From positions 1 to 28,782 of the IMG/VR virus record IMGVR_UViG_3300009095_000057: 28,782 nt of DNA; one strand, 5' to 3'. Position 1 is the stretch's first letter; every line of letters begins with the position of its first letter. The translations under genes and the position numbers were made by a program. The notes beneath the pieces are model-generated. The model had not been told where the DNA came from. It saw nothing but the letters and a program-made list of their open reading frames with translations, and ran no database searches. This document shows positions 9,396 through 17,596 of this stretch, piece after piece. The DNA comes from a virus (Duplodnaviria > Caudoviricetes).

Positions 9396-10121
9396 TTAAT
9401 CTGTATTTCTGCTACCGGGAGATTGTCCATCAATAGAATTCGATGTCTTATCTACTGGAAGATTAAAATAAGTTTGTAGTAATTTTTGACTTACAAGATC
9501 AAGAACTTGTTTCTCCAGATACCCAGGAATATTAGCAGGGAGATCTAGTGGGTTTTTGCATATTTCCTCATTTGTAGCTTTAGTACCACAATCACAATCA
9601 GGAAACATTATTTTATTAGGAATGTCTTCTTCAAAACTGGCAGATATTCTTACAGCTTTTACTGAAGGGTTAGTAACATAAAGATAGTCATTTACTATAA
9701 AGTAATATTCTTCTTTTTTAATAACAGGTAGTTTTAGTAAATTTATATACCTATTAACTGTTATTTCTTTTAGTTTCTTACCTGTACCTGATAGAGCATT
9801 TATTGAATATACTCCCTGTATAAGGTACTGATAATTACCTTCTCCTATCTTTGGAAGTTTATATTTACTTCTAGCTATATTACATTCATCCACAAAATCA
9901 CAACATTCAGAAATAGGAACTTCCATCATTTCTAAACATGGAATAGTTGTAAATAAAGTATCAGTAGCCCATAATTTTCTAAGATTAGTTTCTCTTTTAA
10001 TCAATAGAGAACCTGTTCTCTTTATTTCTGAGAAAATAAGTCTGTCATTAATATAGGAATCAGAGGAAAGTATTTTATGCAATCCTCTAACTCCACTCAC
10101 TAGTTCTCTACGAGTTGCCAT
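9396..10121 (-). CDS. Tail ring protein (crAss001 gp40-like)
   Basis: 241 aa; QTIPCLE-like (TTIPCLE) motif, YLYV..SASFED-like segment, synteny. Confidence 0.6.
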   Translation of the reverse strand: MATRRELVSGVRGLHKILSSDSYINDRLIFSEIKRTGSLLIKRETNLRKLWATDTLFTTIPCLEMMEVPISECCDFVDECNIARSKYKLPKIGEGNYQYLIQGVYSINALSGTGKKLKEITVNRYINLLKLPVIKKEEYYFIVNDYLYVTNPSVKAVRISASFEEDIPNKIMFPDCDCGTKATNEEICKNPLDLPANIPGYLEKQVLDLVSQKLLQTYFNLPVDKTSNSIDGQSPGSRNTD

Positions 10122-11353
10122 TATAATCTAAATTCAAATTCTGCGATTTTCCCTTTTTCAGGATGATATACAAATGCTAATGCTGCTCTAATTTGGTTTA
10201 TATATCCATTGTCTTGATGCCACCTATCTGTTCCCGACAATGATGGGACTTGTTGTACTCTTACTCCTGTACCGTTTATTTCTTTAGCCATGTAGTGATG
10301 TTTATCACCAGTGTGTACTTCTCTATATTTAGCTAAACCGAAAGCCATTGCACTATCTGGAGAGGTAGCAAACATAATGGGTAAGTTTTCTAGTTTACAG
10401 TTGTTACCATGATGGTAACCTATAAAAGTATCTCCAACTACTGTAAATTTTGTTACTGAATGATGTCTTTGGAATTTAATATTTTTGTATTCTCTAAATA
10501 GTACCTCTAATGCATGTGCAACAAAAAATCCTTTTGTTCTATCATGATTCCCCTGTACTAAAATAACTTCTAACTCCTCACATTGAGTTTTTAAGAAACT
10601 GATAGACTCTGCTAATATTTCAAATCCTTTCTCATACTCTTCATCAAACCAAGCAGTTACATCTTGTGGTGTACCATTTGTTGTACTATTTTGGTAGTTA
10701 TCTGTATGGAAGAAATCGTTCGATAATGGAAATACTAATTTTCTAATTTTATAGTTAGCTGTAATTTTATTGATCAAATCCTCAATAGCAAAGAAGTAGT
10801 CAAGTTGTTTTGACGCTAAATTATCTCCTTGAAAGGTCTTTTTAGCTAAATGAAAATCGGAAATGTTAAGTTCTACGTCTACTTTCTCTAGCTTCTTAGC
10901 AGTAGGATAAACTTTAAATATATGATTTTTGATTCCAGGTTTCCAATTACTCAGAAATTTTGCAAAATCTTCTGGAGTGTAATCTTGTGGCTTTTTAAGT
11001 GATGCTAATACAGAAGAAGTAAATTTACCATTTGGTCTTAGTTTTGACCAGTAGTTTGATATTTTGTATTTATTAAGATCAATTTTATGTAGTTTTGCTA
11101 GTTCTTCTATATCTTTTGGCTCAAAAGAAACTTCTACTTTACTTTCGATTGTTCCTTTATCTACATTTACGTGGGTAGTTAATTCATTTAAGTCTTCGAA
11201 TTGATCTTCCGTTTCTTGGTTTTTAAGTTCTTTTAATAGTTCTTCTAAATAATCTTCTGTTATGTTTAATTTTTCACAATAATATTTTTTGGATTTCTTG
11301 TGACTTAATAGCTGCTGAAGTCTGTTAAGTAACTTTTCATTGTTTTCTACCAT
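10121..11353 (-). CDS. Calcineurin-like metallophosphoesterase with N-terminal helical domain
   Basis: Motifs SDFH, NDFFH, GNHD, HHG, HTGDKHH in the expected order. Confidence 0.85.
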   Translation of the reverse strand: MVENNEKLLNRLQQLLSHKKSKKYYCEKLNITEDYLEELLKELKNQETEDQFEDLNELTTHVNVDKGTIESKVEVSFEPKDIEELAKLHKIDLNKYKISNYWSKLRPNGKFTSSVLASLKKPQDYTPEDFAKFLSNWKPGIKNHIFKVYPTAKKLEKVDVELNISDFHLAKKTFQGDNLASKQLDYFFAIEDLINKITANYKIRKLVFPLSNDFFHTDNYQNSTTNGTPQDVTAWFDEEYEKGFEILAESISFLKTQCEELEVILVQGNHDRTKGFFVAHALEVLFREYKNIKFQRHHSVTKFTVVGDTFIGYHHGNNCKLENLPIMFATSPDSAMAFGLAKYREVHTGDKHHYMAKEINGTGVRVQQVPSLSGTDRWHQDNGYINQIRAALAFVYHPEKGKIAEFEFRL

Positions 11354-11375
11354 TATTAAAGGTTTAAAATTTATA

Positions 11376-11408
11376 CAAATATACGAAAATATTCTCTAAA
11401 TTACCAAA
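11376..11408 (-). promoter_or_regulatory. Bacteroidota sigma-A type promoter (TTTG-N21-TATATTTG)
   Basis: -7 element TATATTTG at 11383..11376 and TTTG at 11408..11405, upstream of the phosphoesterase and just downstream of a terminator. Confidence 0.7.
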
Positions 11409-11452
11409 TTAATTTAACGTTTTTAGTTAGATTAAATAACTGGGAAGGTTAT

Positions 11453-11488
11453 AAAATGAAAAATCCCCGCAAGTATCAGTTGCAGGGA
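11453..11488 (-). terminator. Intrinsic terminator
   Basis: TCCCTGCAA-ctgatac-TTGCGGGGA stem (one G:U) followed by TTTTTCATTTT. Confidence 0.8.
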
Positions 11489-11530
11489 CGAAACCACCTT
11501 GAAAAACCAACAAATCAAGAGGTTTTAATA

Positions 11531-11839
11531 TTAAGGACATTCTCCTATCTTTTCGCAAAGAATGGTTTTTAATGCAGGATTTGTGTCAATCGCTACAATT
11601 AAGGCATTAAATATCTCTTCTGGGGATAGTTTTTGATCAATTTTTTCAATTGCTACAGTTATTAAATCCTCAGTCTGGATTCCTGTATAGGGAAGATTTG
11701 AACCTGCATAATATAAACCATCAGAAGATAATAAAGTACTATTAGGAGTAGTACAACCTTGAGGATAAGTAGTATATACCACTAATCCACTTTGATAAGC
11801 AGTTGTCCAGCAGGGCATTCCGGGAACACATTTTGACAT
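11531..11839 (-). CDS. Small putative fibre-associated structural protein
   Basis: 102 aa, Cys at both ends, YAGSNLPYTGIQTEDLITVAIEKID module similar to the N-terminus of the neighbouring fibre protein. Confidence 0.6.
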   Translation of the reverse strand: MSKCVPGMPCWTTAYQSGLVVYTTYPQGCTTPNSTLLSSDGLYYAGSNLPYTGIQTEDLITVAIEKIDQKLSPEEIFNALIVAIDTNPALKTILCEKIGECP

Positions 11840-11860
11840 ATATACTTGATTATCAGTTAA

Positions 11861-12970
11861 TTATGGAATATACATTATAAAATATGTGGCAAGCACAGGT
11901 TGTAGGTTGCTGTGAGCTTGTCCTCCTCCTGAATTATTTATAGATATACCAGTAGCACTACTTTTAGTTCTCCCTACGTCAGCCTCTCCTGTCGCTGCTG
12001 CTATTTCATAATCACTATTACCACTAATGTCTCTTTCAGAAGCAGCATATTGACTAGCAGAGTTTATTTCATTTGCTCCTATAACTTCATCTTTAAACAT
12101 TAAATGGTGGTGTTCTGGATCAGTTACACCATGAGAGTGTGCTGGAATTTGATTAATGTTAAGAGTGGTACTATTAGAGCCAGCAAGCGTACCTAACGCA
12201 TAGTTAGGGTTAAATGTAGGATCTGAAGCAGGATTCACAGTTGCGCTTGGAGAAGGTCCAGGTACGCCAGATATGGCTCCTACAATAACTCTACCTCTAA
12301 GATCAGGTGTTCCGTTTTGTCCGTTACATAAATATATCTTTTCCCAATCTCCTGTTCCTGCACCTGTTGTATCAAAATTTGATAATGATCCGTAATAAGG
12401 TAAGATAGTATAAGGAACCATCTTATTAAAATGTTTCTCAGCTACTTCTGTACTATCTAAATAATCTTGAATAAGATCATTTAGTTCTGATAACTTTACA
12501 TAATTAGTATCTAAATCTGTAGCTAAAGCAGTTAAAGAAGTATCTATTTCACAAAGCTTTGTTATAATAGCTTGTACAATAGCATGTGTACCATCTCCTG
12601 TTGCTACTCCTTCCAAACAACCTATTGTATAATTTGCCTCAATAGTAGCAATATCTTCTACAACAGCATCTACTTGTTCTTGTAAGTTACAAGAAGCTTG
12701 AACAAGAGCTTTAAACAAGTCTAAAGCAGTTACTTCTGAACATTCTTGTAAATATTGAGAAACGAGTTCACAATATAAATCTTCATCTATATTTAGCTTA
12801 ATTCCGCTTCCATCTAATGTGCCCACTAGAAATGTAGCTAAAGCTTGCTCTACATAGGACAGAGAATCCCCATTTTTAATATCCAAAATAGGTACATCAA
12901 CTCCTGTATATTTAACACATTTATCTGAAACTATTTCAGTACATCCTGAATAGCAATTTGAACACGCCAT
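11861..12970 (-). CDS. Tail fibre protein with tail-collar domain
   Basis: C-terminal WEKIYLCNGQNGTPDLRGRVIVG ... QIPAHSH ... AHSNLQPVLATYFIMY collar/tip motifs; Cys-rich helical N-terminus. Confidence 0.8.
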   Translation of the reverse strand: MACSNCYSGCTEIVSDKCVKYTGVDVPILDIKNGDSLSYVEQALATFLVGTLDGSGIKLNIDEDLYCELVSQYLQECSEVTALDLFKALVQASCNLQEQVDAVVEDIATIEANYTIGCLEGVATGDGTHAIVQAIITKLCEIDTSLTALATDLDTNYVKLSELNDLIQDYLDSTEVAEKHFNKMVPYTILPYYGSLSNFDTTGAGTGDWEKIYLCNGQNGTPDLRGRVIVGAISGVPGPSPSATVNPASDPTFNPNYALGTLAGSNSTTLNINQIPAHSHGVTDPEHHHLMFKDEVIGANEINSASQYAASERDISGNSDYEIAAATGEADVGRTKSSATGISINNSGGGQAHSNLQPVLATYFIMYIP

Positions 12971-12974
12971 TTTA

Positions 12975-13244
12975 TTAGTTTTTATTGATTAAAATTTTTA
13001 CTCTACCTATTATCTTGTCCATACTGTAATTATCTAAATATAAAGAGTTACAATATTTATACTGTAAAATCCTCTTATAATGTAATAAATCTGAAATAAT
13101 ATCCGTGTTTATCTGCTTATTTAAAATAAACACAATATTACCATATTGCTTCTTTGCAAGATCAGTTAATTTACAATCTATCTGGGAAATTAACCCAGGT
13201 ATAGAATTACATTCCTCACATTCTCTTAATCTTGGAAATAACAT
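12975..13244 (-). CDS. Small tail protein, probable tail hub B
   Basis: 89-aa helical ORF; assignment is from synteny only. Confidence 0.5.
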   Translation of the reverse strand: MLFPRLRECEECNSIPGLISQIDCKLTDLAKKQYGNIVFILNKQINTDIISDLLHYKRILQYKYCNSLYLDNYSMDKIIGRVKILINKN

Positions 13245-13348
13245 TATTTTTTGGACTTACTGTTACAAGAAGGACATTTACCACCCCTCATTTGACAGGC
13301 TGGTAAAATTGCTGGACATAAACTACATTTAACTGAATTACATGCCAT
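13244..13348 (-). CDS. 34-aa six-Cys microprotein (MACNSVKCSLCPAILPACQMRGGKCPSCNSKSKK)
   Basis: Hand translated. Fills the gap exactly: starts 1 nt after the upstream stop and overlaps the next start as TAATG. Two CxxC pairs. Confidence 0.8.
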   Translation of the reverse strand: MACNSVKCSLCPAILPACQMRGGKCPSCNSKSKK

Positions 13349-13349
13349 A

Positions 13350-13901
13350 TTATAGATAGTTATTTCCCGGACAACCACAATTACCTTTCATAAAGATATC
13401 TAATTGACGAGAAGCTTGTATATATAATTTGTTCGATACATCCGTTGCACAATTATTAGCAGCAGCAACAGCGCCCTGTATAAGGAACCAAATTGAATTT
13501 AATTCAACTTTTGATTGCTTTTTAATAGCTTGATCACACTCCATCATATCTAAAGTCATAAAAGCTTGATCGAACTTTTGTTGGAGTTGATCTATTTTTA
13601 ATATACTTTTAGTGATAGAATATTCATGCGATGGGTATATAGAGTATTTAATTGTCCATACACCATCTGGTAAATCAACACTATCTTCAGTAGGTTCTGT
13701 TATTTCAAGTACACCTGAAGTTAATACATTGAAATCATTTGGTACAAAAGATATACTAACCAACCCTAATCCGGGCATAGTAACTTCTAATGTAGGAGAT
13801 TGAATAACTAAATCATCTGCATAAGTAGAAGCATCTGCTATACCTAAAGTTTTAGGATTGTACGTTGGAATTACTATAAAGTCTAATTTGGTATCAGCCA
13901 T
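13350..13901 (-). CDS. Probable tail hub protein A
   Basis: 183 aa, DASTY and LPDGVWTIKY beta domain followed by a helical Cys-containing C-terminus; synteny after the auxiliary capsid gene. Confidence 0.6.
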   Translation of the reverse strand: MADTKLDFIVIPTYNPKTLGIADASTYADDLVIQSPTLEVTMPGLGLVSISFVPNDFNVLTSGVLEITEPTEDSVDLPDGVWTIKYSIYPSHEYSITKSILKIDQLQQKFDQAFMTLDMMECDQAIKKQSKVELNSIWFLIQGAVAAANNCATDVSNKLYIQASRQLDIFMKGNCGCPGNNYL

Positions 13902-13908
13902 AGAGATT

Positions 13909-13953
13909 AAACAAAAAAGGGATGGGATTTTCCTATTAGGCTCCCATCCCTTT
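13909..13953 (-). terminator. Intrinsic terminator after auxiliary capsid gene
   Basis: AAAGGGATGGGA...TCCCATCCCTTT 12-bp stem running into TTTTTTGTTT. Confidence 0.85.
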
Positions 13954-13973
13954 AATCTTAGATTAGGTTATTA

Positions 13974-15110
13974 TTAAGCAGTAGTTGTAGTAGTTGTGGT
14001 TACACAAGCATTATCTGCATCTACAGAACCAAGAGCTGCTTCAAGAACTGCCTCAATACCAGCCGTTAAACCACTTGGTACAGCGATAATTACAGTACTA
14101 TCAGTTTTAACAACATCACTCCAGTTACCAGATGATTTATCGTAATCGTTAAATTTGATTACAAACTGATCATAAATTTGACCATCACTTACGTAAGATT
14201 CAAACACATTATTGTATCCAGCCAAGTGATGAAGATGTTTACCGAAACCAGTTTGATAAGAATGGAAATCTTTTTCAAGTTGACGGATTTCATCAGGTGT
14301 ACCTTTAGGATAAGTAGATTCCTGAATTACCTCAACATCAGCTACGTTTATACAAGCATCTGGTACAATAAAGTCTGCTGTAGTAGCAGGACCTTCAGTA
14401 ACAAATACGTTAAAACGCATTTTATCAAATTCAAATGGGAATGCAGCAGGGTCACAAGGTTGACCGTAAACATTTAGAGCTTTAGCATGAATTCTTAGAA
14501 TTGAGCTTGATCCACTACCAACACGTTCGAATACGAACAGATCTGTTAGTTTAATGTTATCAGGATTGATACCTGAAGCGGACTGTTCAAGTTTTTCGAT
14601 AATGCTATCAACAAGTGCTTCAGCATCTACTTCTGTACATGGATCAGCACCACACTCACAACAAGGAGCGTTTACCGTTACACTTCTGGTTAAACCATTA
14701 AAGTATAGTGTCTCCAGATATGAAGAGAATGCGCGTATGGTTACGGTCAGGACTTCTCCACACTTTACAGAGAAATTATCAACATCTGTGATTTGATTTA
14801 CTGCGGTCGCACAACCTGCAATTTTGTAAAATTCAAGTACGTTTGAGTTAGCAGCATTTGCACCTGCGTTTTGAAGAGCACCTGCAATCTTATCAGAGCG
14901 TTTGCTACCCTGTAAAAGATTATCTTCTCTTCCTTGAGCAATGTAAAAATATTTAACTCCTGCATCATCAATAGATGTAGAAGAAGCAGTTGTGTAGTCA
15001 GGTTTGAAAAACCCTACACGACCAGCCGTAAGATCCTGAGTAGAACCAGAGCTAGGAAGAGTATTTCCTACTGGCACTACAAACAGAGTAGTTAACGAGA
15101 AATCAGCCAT
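13974..15110 (-). CDS. Auxiliary capsid protein (crAss gene 73 / gp36-like)
   Basis: 378 aa, codon usage resembling the capsid gene, followed by a strong terminator; synteny; ends CVTTTTTTTA. Confidence 0.65.
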   Translation of the reverse strand: MADFSLTTLFVVPVGNTLPSSGSTQDLTAGRVGFFKPDYTTASSTSIDDAGVKYFYIAQGREDNLLQGSKRSDKIAGALQNAGANAANSNVLEFYKIAGCATAVNQITDVDNFSVKCGEVLTVTIRAFSSYLETLYFNGLTRSVTVNAPCCECGADPCTEVDAEALVDSIIEKLEQSASGINPDNIKLTDLFVFERVGSGSSSILRIHAKALNVYGQPCDPAAFPFEFDKMRFNVFVTEGPATTADFIVPDACINVADVEVIQESTYPKGTPDEIRQLEKDFHSYQTGFGKHLHHLAGYNNVFESYVSDGQIYDQFVIKFNDYDKSSGNWSDVVKTDSTVIIAVPSGLTAGIEAVLEAALGSVDADNACVTTTTTTTA

Positions 15111-15129
15111 TTTATTTTAAGTTTAAAGT

Positions 15130-15846
15130 TTATTCGTTTGTTTGTATTCTAAGTTGTGAACTTTGTACAGCAGCTATATTTTCTGTATACATTGCTAAAT
15201 GCTGTACTGCTAAATCAACTAATTCATCTTCTAAGTATTCTTCAAGTTCACAATCTTGATTTGAAGAAGCTTTATCTTCTAAATTAGTATATCCTTCTTT
15301 ATCAATGTATTTAGGGTATCTTAAATAAGATACAAATAGTTTAGTTGGTTTAAATGTACCATCTGTATAAATATTAAATTCATCAGATGATATAGTATTG
15401 AAAGTTTCTTGGTATTCAAAAGAAGGTTTTAAATCAGAATTAGTTAAAAGAAATTGAATATCTCCATGTTTAACTAAATCTTTATTTACCCATAAAGGTC
15501 TATTTTTACAATCTCCTTTATCTGCAAGTACATAAGCATCAATCCAAAACATATATTTAGGATCGAGTTTACTTACAGAAGCCTTAAATTGATTAATATC
15601 CTTATTACCTTCTGTTAAGTCTAAAGATTTGTAATCTTCAATAAGATTTTCTAAATCTTCGTATCTTTTTTTGAATCCGTCTAATCCTATCCCAGATAAT
15701 CCTGTAACTTTTTGTTTTATCAGCTTTATCTGTGCTTCATTTAAAGCAACTATTTTATCTTCTAAAGGGAAATCTTGATGATCGTTAGTTGATAGCTTAT
15801 TTAGTTTTAGACTTAGTTTGTACAATAAGCTATCTACTGGTATCAT
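15130..15846 (-). CDS. Tail ring protein (crAss gene 74-like)
   Basis: LNEAQ, KRYEDL, YLRYP, CEL..ELVDLAV motifs; synteny. Confidence 0.7.
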   Translation of the reverse strand: MIPVDSLLYKLSLKLNKLSTNDHQDFPLEDKIVALNEAQIKLIKQKVTGLSGIGLDGFKKRYEDLENLIEDYKSLDLTEGNKDINQFKASVSKLDPKYMFWIDAYVLADKGDCKNRPLWVNKDLVKHGDIQFLLTNSDLKPSFEYQETFNTISSDEFNIYTDGTFKPTKLFVSYLRYPKYIDKEGYTNLEDKASSNQDCELEEYLEDELVDLAVQHLAMYTENIAAVQSSQLRIQTNE

Positions 15847-16808
15847 ACATTAGCGAATTTTTTAGTTTTTAGTTCTTGTTCAAGAGTAATTAACTCCTCT
15901 TGATTTTCTTCATCAAGGAGAAACTTTACGTATTCGTCTTCACTAGAAGCTACTTCATATTCTCCTCTAAATAGTTTACCCCCACTTTTTAATCTAAAAA
16001 TTGAATGAGCAATTGCCTGTTTAACAGTATCTTTAACATGTAAAAGATTTTCTTTCATGTCTGCAAATTGTGTAAATACTTTTACAGGACTCAATCCGGT
16101 ATACTTACCTGAAGTAAACTCACTTTGTTTAAGTACATTGTCTATCTGATTATATACAACTTCTTCAATTGTATCATCTGTAACAGGTAATCCTAAAAGT
16201 CTTGCAACTTTACGTTTTTTCTCAGGTGACATACTGTTAAGTTTAACAATAGCGTCATTGATAAGTTTTTTCTTTTTGAACATTACCTGATTTTCAAGTT
16301 CTTCATCAGAAACATAAAATTGAGTATCTGCTGGTACTTCTCCTCTTTCATACGCTTGTAATGAAGGAGCGATAGTTGGGTGAACCCTTAACCATGCAAA
16401 TGCTAGTTCCTGAAAAGCATTATTAAAATCAAAGTAATTGTCTCCATCTATCAATTTATAAGGAGAAACATGTTTCGTATCAGTATCTGATTTACGTAAC
16501 GCATGATTCCAAAAAGAAGATGTTGGACCAAGATCTACATTTAGAATATTCTGTAATTTAGATTTAAGTTTAGTAACCCTTTCAATTTCAAGTTCTTTTT
16601 CTTGAGGGTCCTTAATTCTCTGGATATAAGCAGCATCAGGATCTAATCCTGTTCTGTATTTACCAGTAAGTTCTTTATATGGGTATTTCCATGTACCTGT
16701 TCCGGGGAGACGAGTGTATCCTGCGGCAGACAATGATTTATCCATACTCAAAACACCTGCATTAGAGAATTCTTTCTTAATGGTAGAAATTTTACCGTAT
16801 TTGCTCAT
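15843..16808 (-). CDS. Conserved crAss gene 75-like protein of unknown function
   Basis: 321 aa, YRTGLD, SSFW, HPTIA motifs; first conserved gene after the capsid gene. Confidence 0.65.
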   Translation of the reverse strand: MSKYGKISTIKKEFSNAGVLSMDKSLSAAGYTRLPGTGTWKYPYKELTGKYRTGLDPDAAYIQRIKDPQEKELEIERVTKLKSKLQNILNVDLGPTSSFWNHALRKSDTDTKHVSPYKLIDGDNYFDFNNAFQELAFAWLRVHPTIAPSLQAYERGEVPADTQFYVSDEELENQVMFKKKKLINDAIVKLNSMSPEKKRKVARLLGLPVTDDTIEEVVYNQIDNVLKQSEFTSGKYTGLSPVKVFTQFADMKENLLHVKDTVKQAIAHSIFRLKSGGKLFRGEYEVASSEDEYVKFLLDEENQEELITLEQELKTKKFANV

Positions 16809-16842
16809 ACAATATGTAGTTAAAAGTTGTTAGTTTTATTAG

Positions 16843-16912
16843 TAGCGTCCTGTGGATTTGAACCACCCCTCTAGCTTATGAGGCTAGAATGCAACCTTTA
16901 CACCTTGGCGCA
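16843..16912 (-). tRNA. Degenerate tRNA-like element with CAU anticodon (Met/Ile2-like)
   Basis: Perfect anticodon arm CTAGC-CTCATAA-GCTAG, T-loop TTCAAAT, D-arm GTGT/GCAT. Acceptor stem has mismatches, variable loop only 3 nt, no CCA. Confidence 0.6.
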
Positions 16913-17001
16913 ATGTAACGATTTTGGTGATTTAAGAGGATAAAATCGTGAACCTACCCTACTCCACATTTTTTACAGTTTTGGCTTCTGTTTTTAATTT
17001 T

Positions 17002-17049
17002 TAAAAGAGTCCCTCTCATACTCAGCAATATGAGAGGAACGGACTCTTC
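17002..17049 (-). terminator. Long hairpin with short U-tract, possible terminator or attenuator after MCP-HNH
   Basis: AAGAGTCC/GGACTCTT plus CTCTCATA/TATGAGAG stems, followed by TTTT on the minus strand. Confidence 0.55.
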
Positions 17050-17095
17050 GTATTGTTGTAATTAAGGCTTACAACAGCCCATATTTTAGAATCAA

Positions 17096-17590
17096 TTAAA
17101 TTAAATTTTTAATTTTTCCTGTTTTTCCTTTTTCTATTTCAAGAACTCTTTTGACGTGTATAATGTCAGTATAAGGACTATGTAATTCTCTATGACAGTT
17201 AGCACATAGTAACATACATTTCAAAGCTTCTTCTAAAATATCATCATCTGATTTAGATTTCAAATTTTGAATCTTTACTTCAAAATTCTTTTCGTAAGGA
17301 TTTTTATGATGAAAATCGAATGCTGATATATTTTTATTATATCCACATTTTTCACACTTTCCTCCAAAAAGTTCTATTAATTCTAACTTCTTTTGAAGAC
17401 CTCTTAATGTATACTTATTTAAACCATACTCTTCTTTAAACTTTTTCTGAGTTTCAGAAGCGTATTGATATTTGACCTTATCGTGACATTTTTGACTACA
17501 GAATCTTTTCCTTCTCTGTATCTTTTTACCTGTCTTAGTCTTTAGTTCTTTTTTACAATATTCACAATATCTAATTTGTGAATCACCCAT
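17096..17590 (-). CDS. Free-standing HNH homing endonuclease with N-terminal zinc finger
   Basis: CEYC..FCSQKC, then GGKCEKCGY..FDFHH..LLCANCHRELH. Confidence 0.85.
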   Translation of the reverse strand: MGDSQIRYCEYCKKELKTKTGKKIQRRKRFCSQKCHDKVKYQYASETQKKFKEEYGLNKYTLRGLQKKLELIELFGGKCEKCGYNKNISAFDFHHKNPYEKNFEVKIQNLKSKSDDDILEEALKCMLLCANCHRELHSPYTDIIHVKRVLEIEKGKTGKIKNLI

Positions 17591-17596
17591 TATTCA

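Noticed and set aside
16898-16969. 23-codon minus-strand ORF MWSRVGSRFYPLKSPKSLHCAKV
   Set aside because: Overlaps a hairpin and the tRNA-like element; its length is expected by chance and there is no other support.
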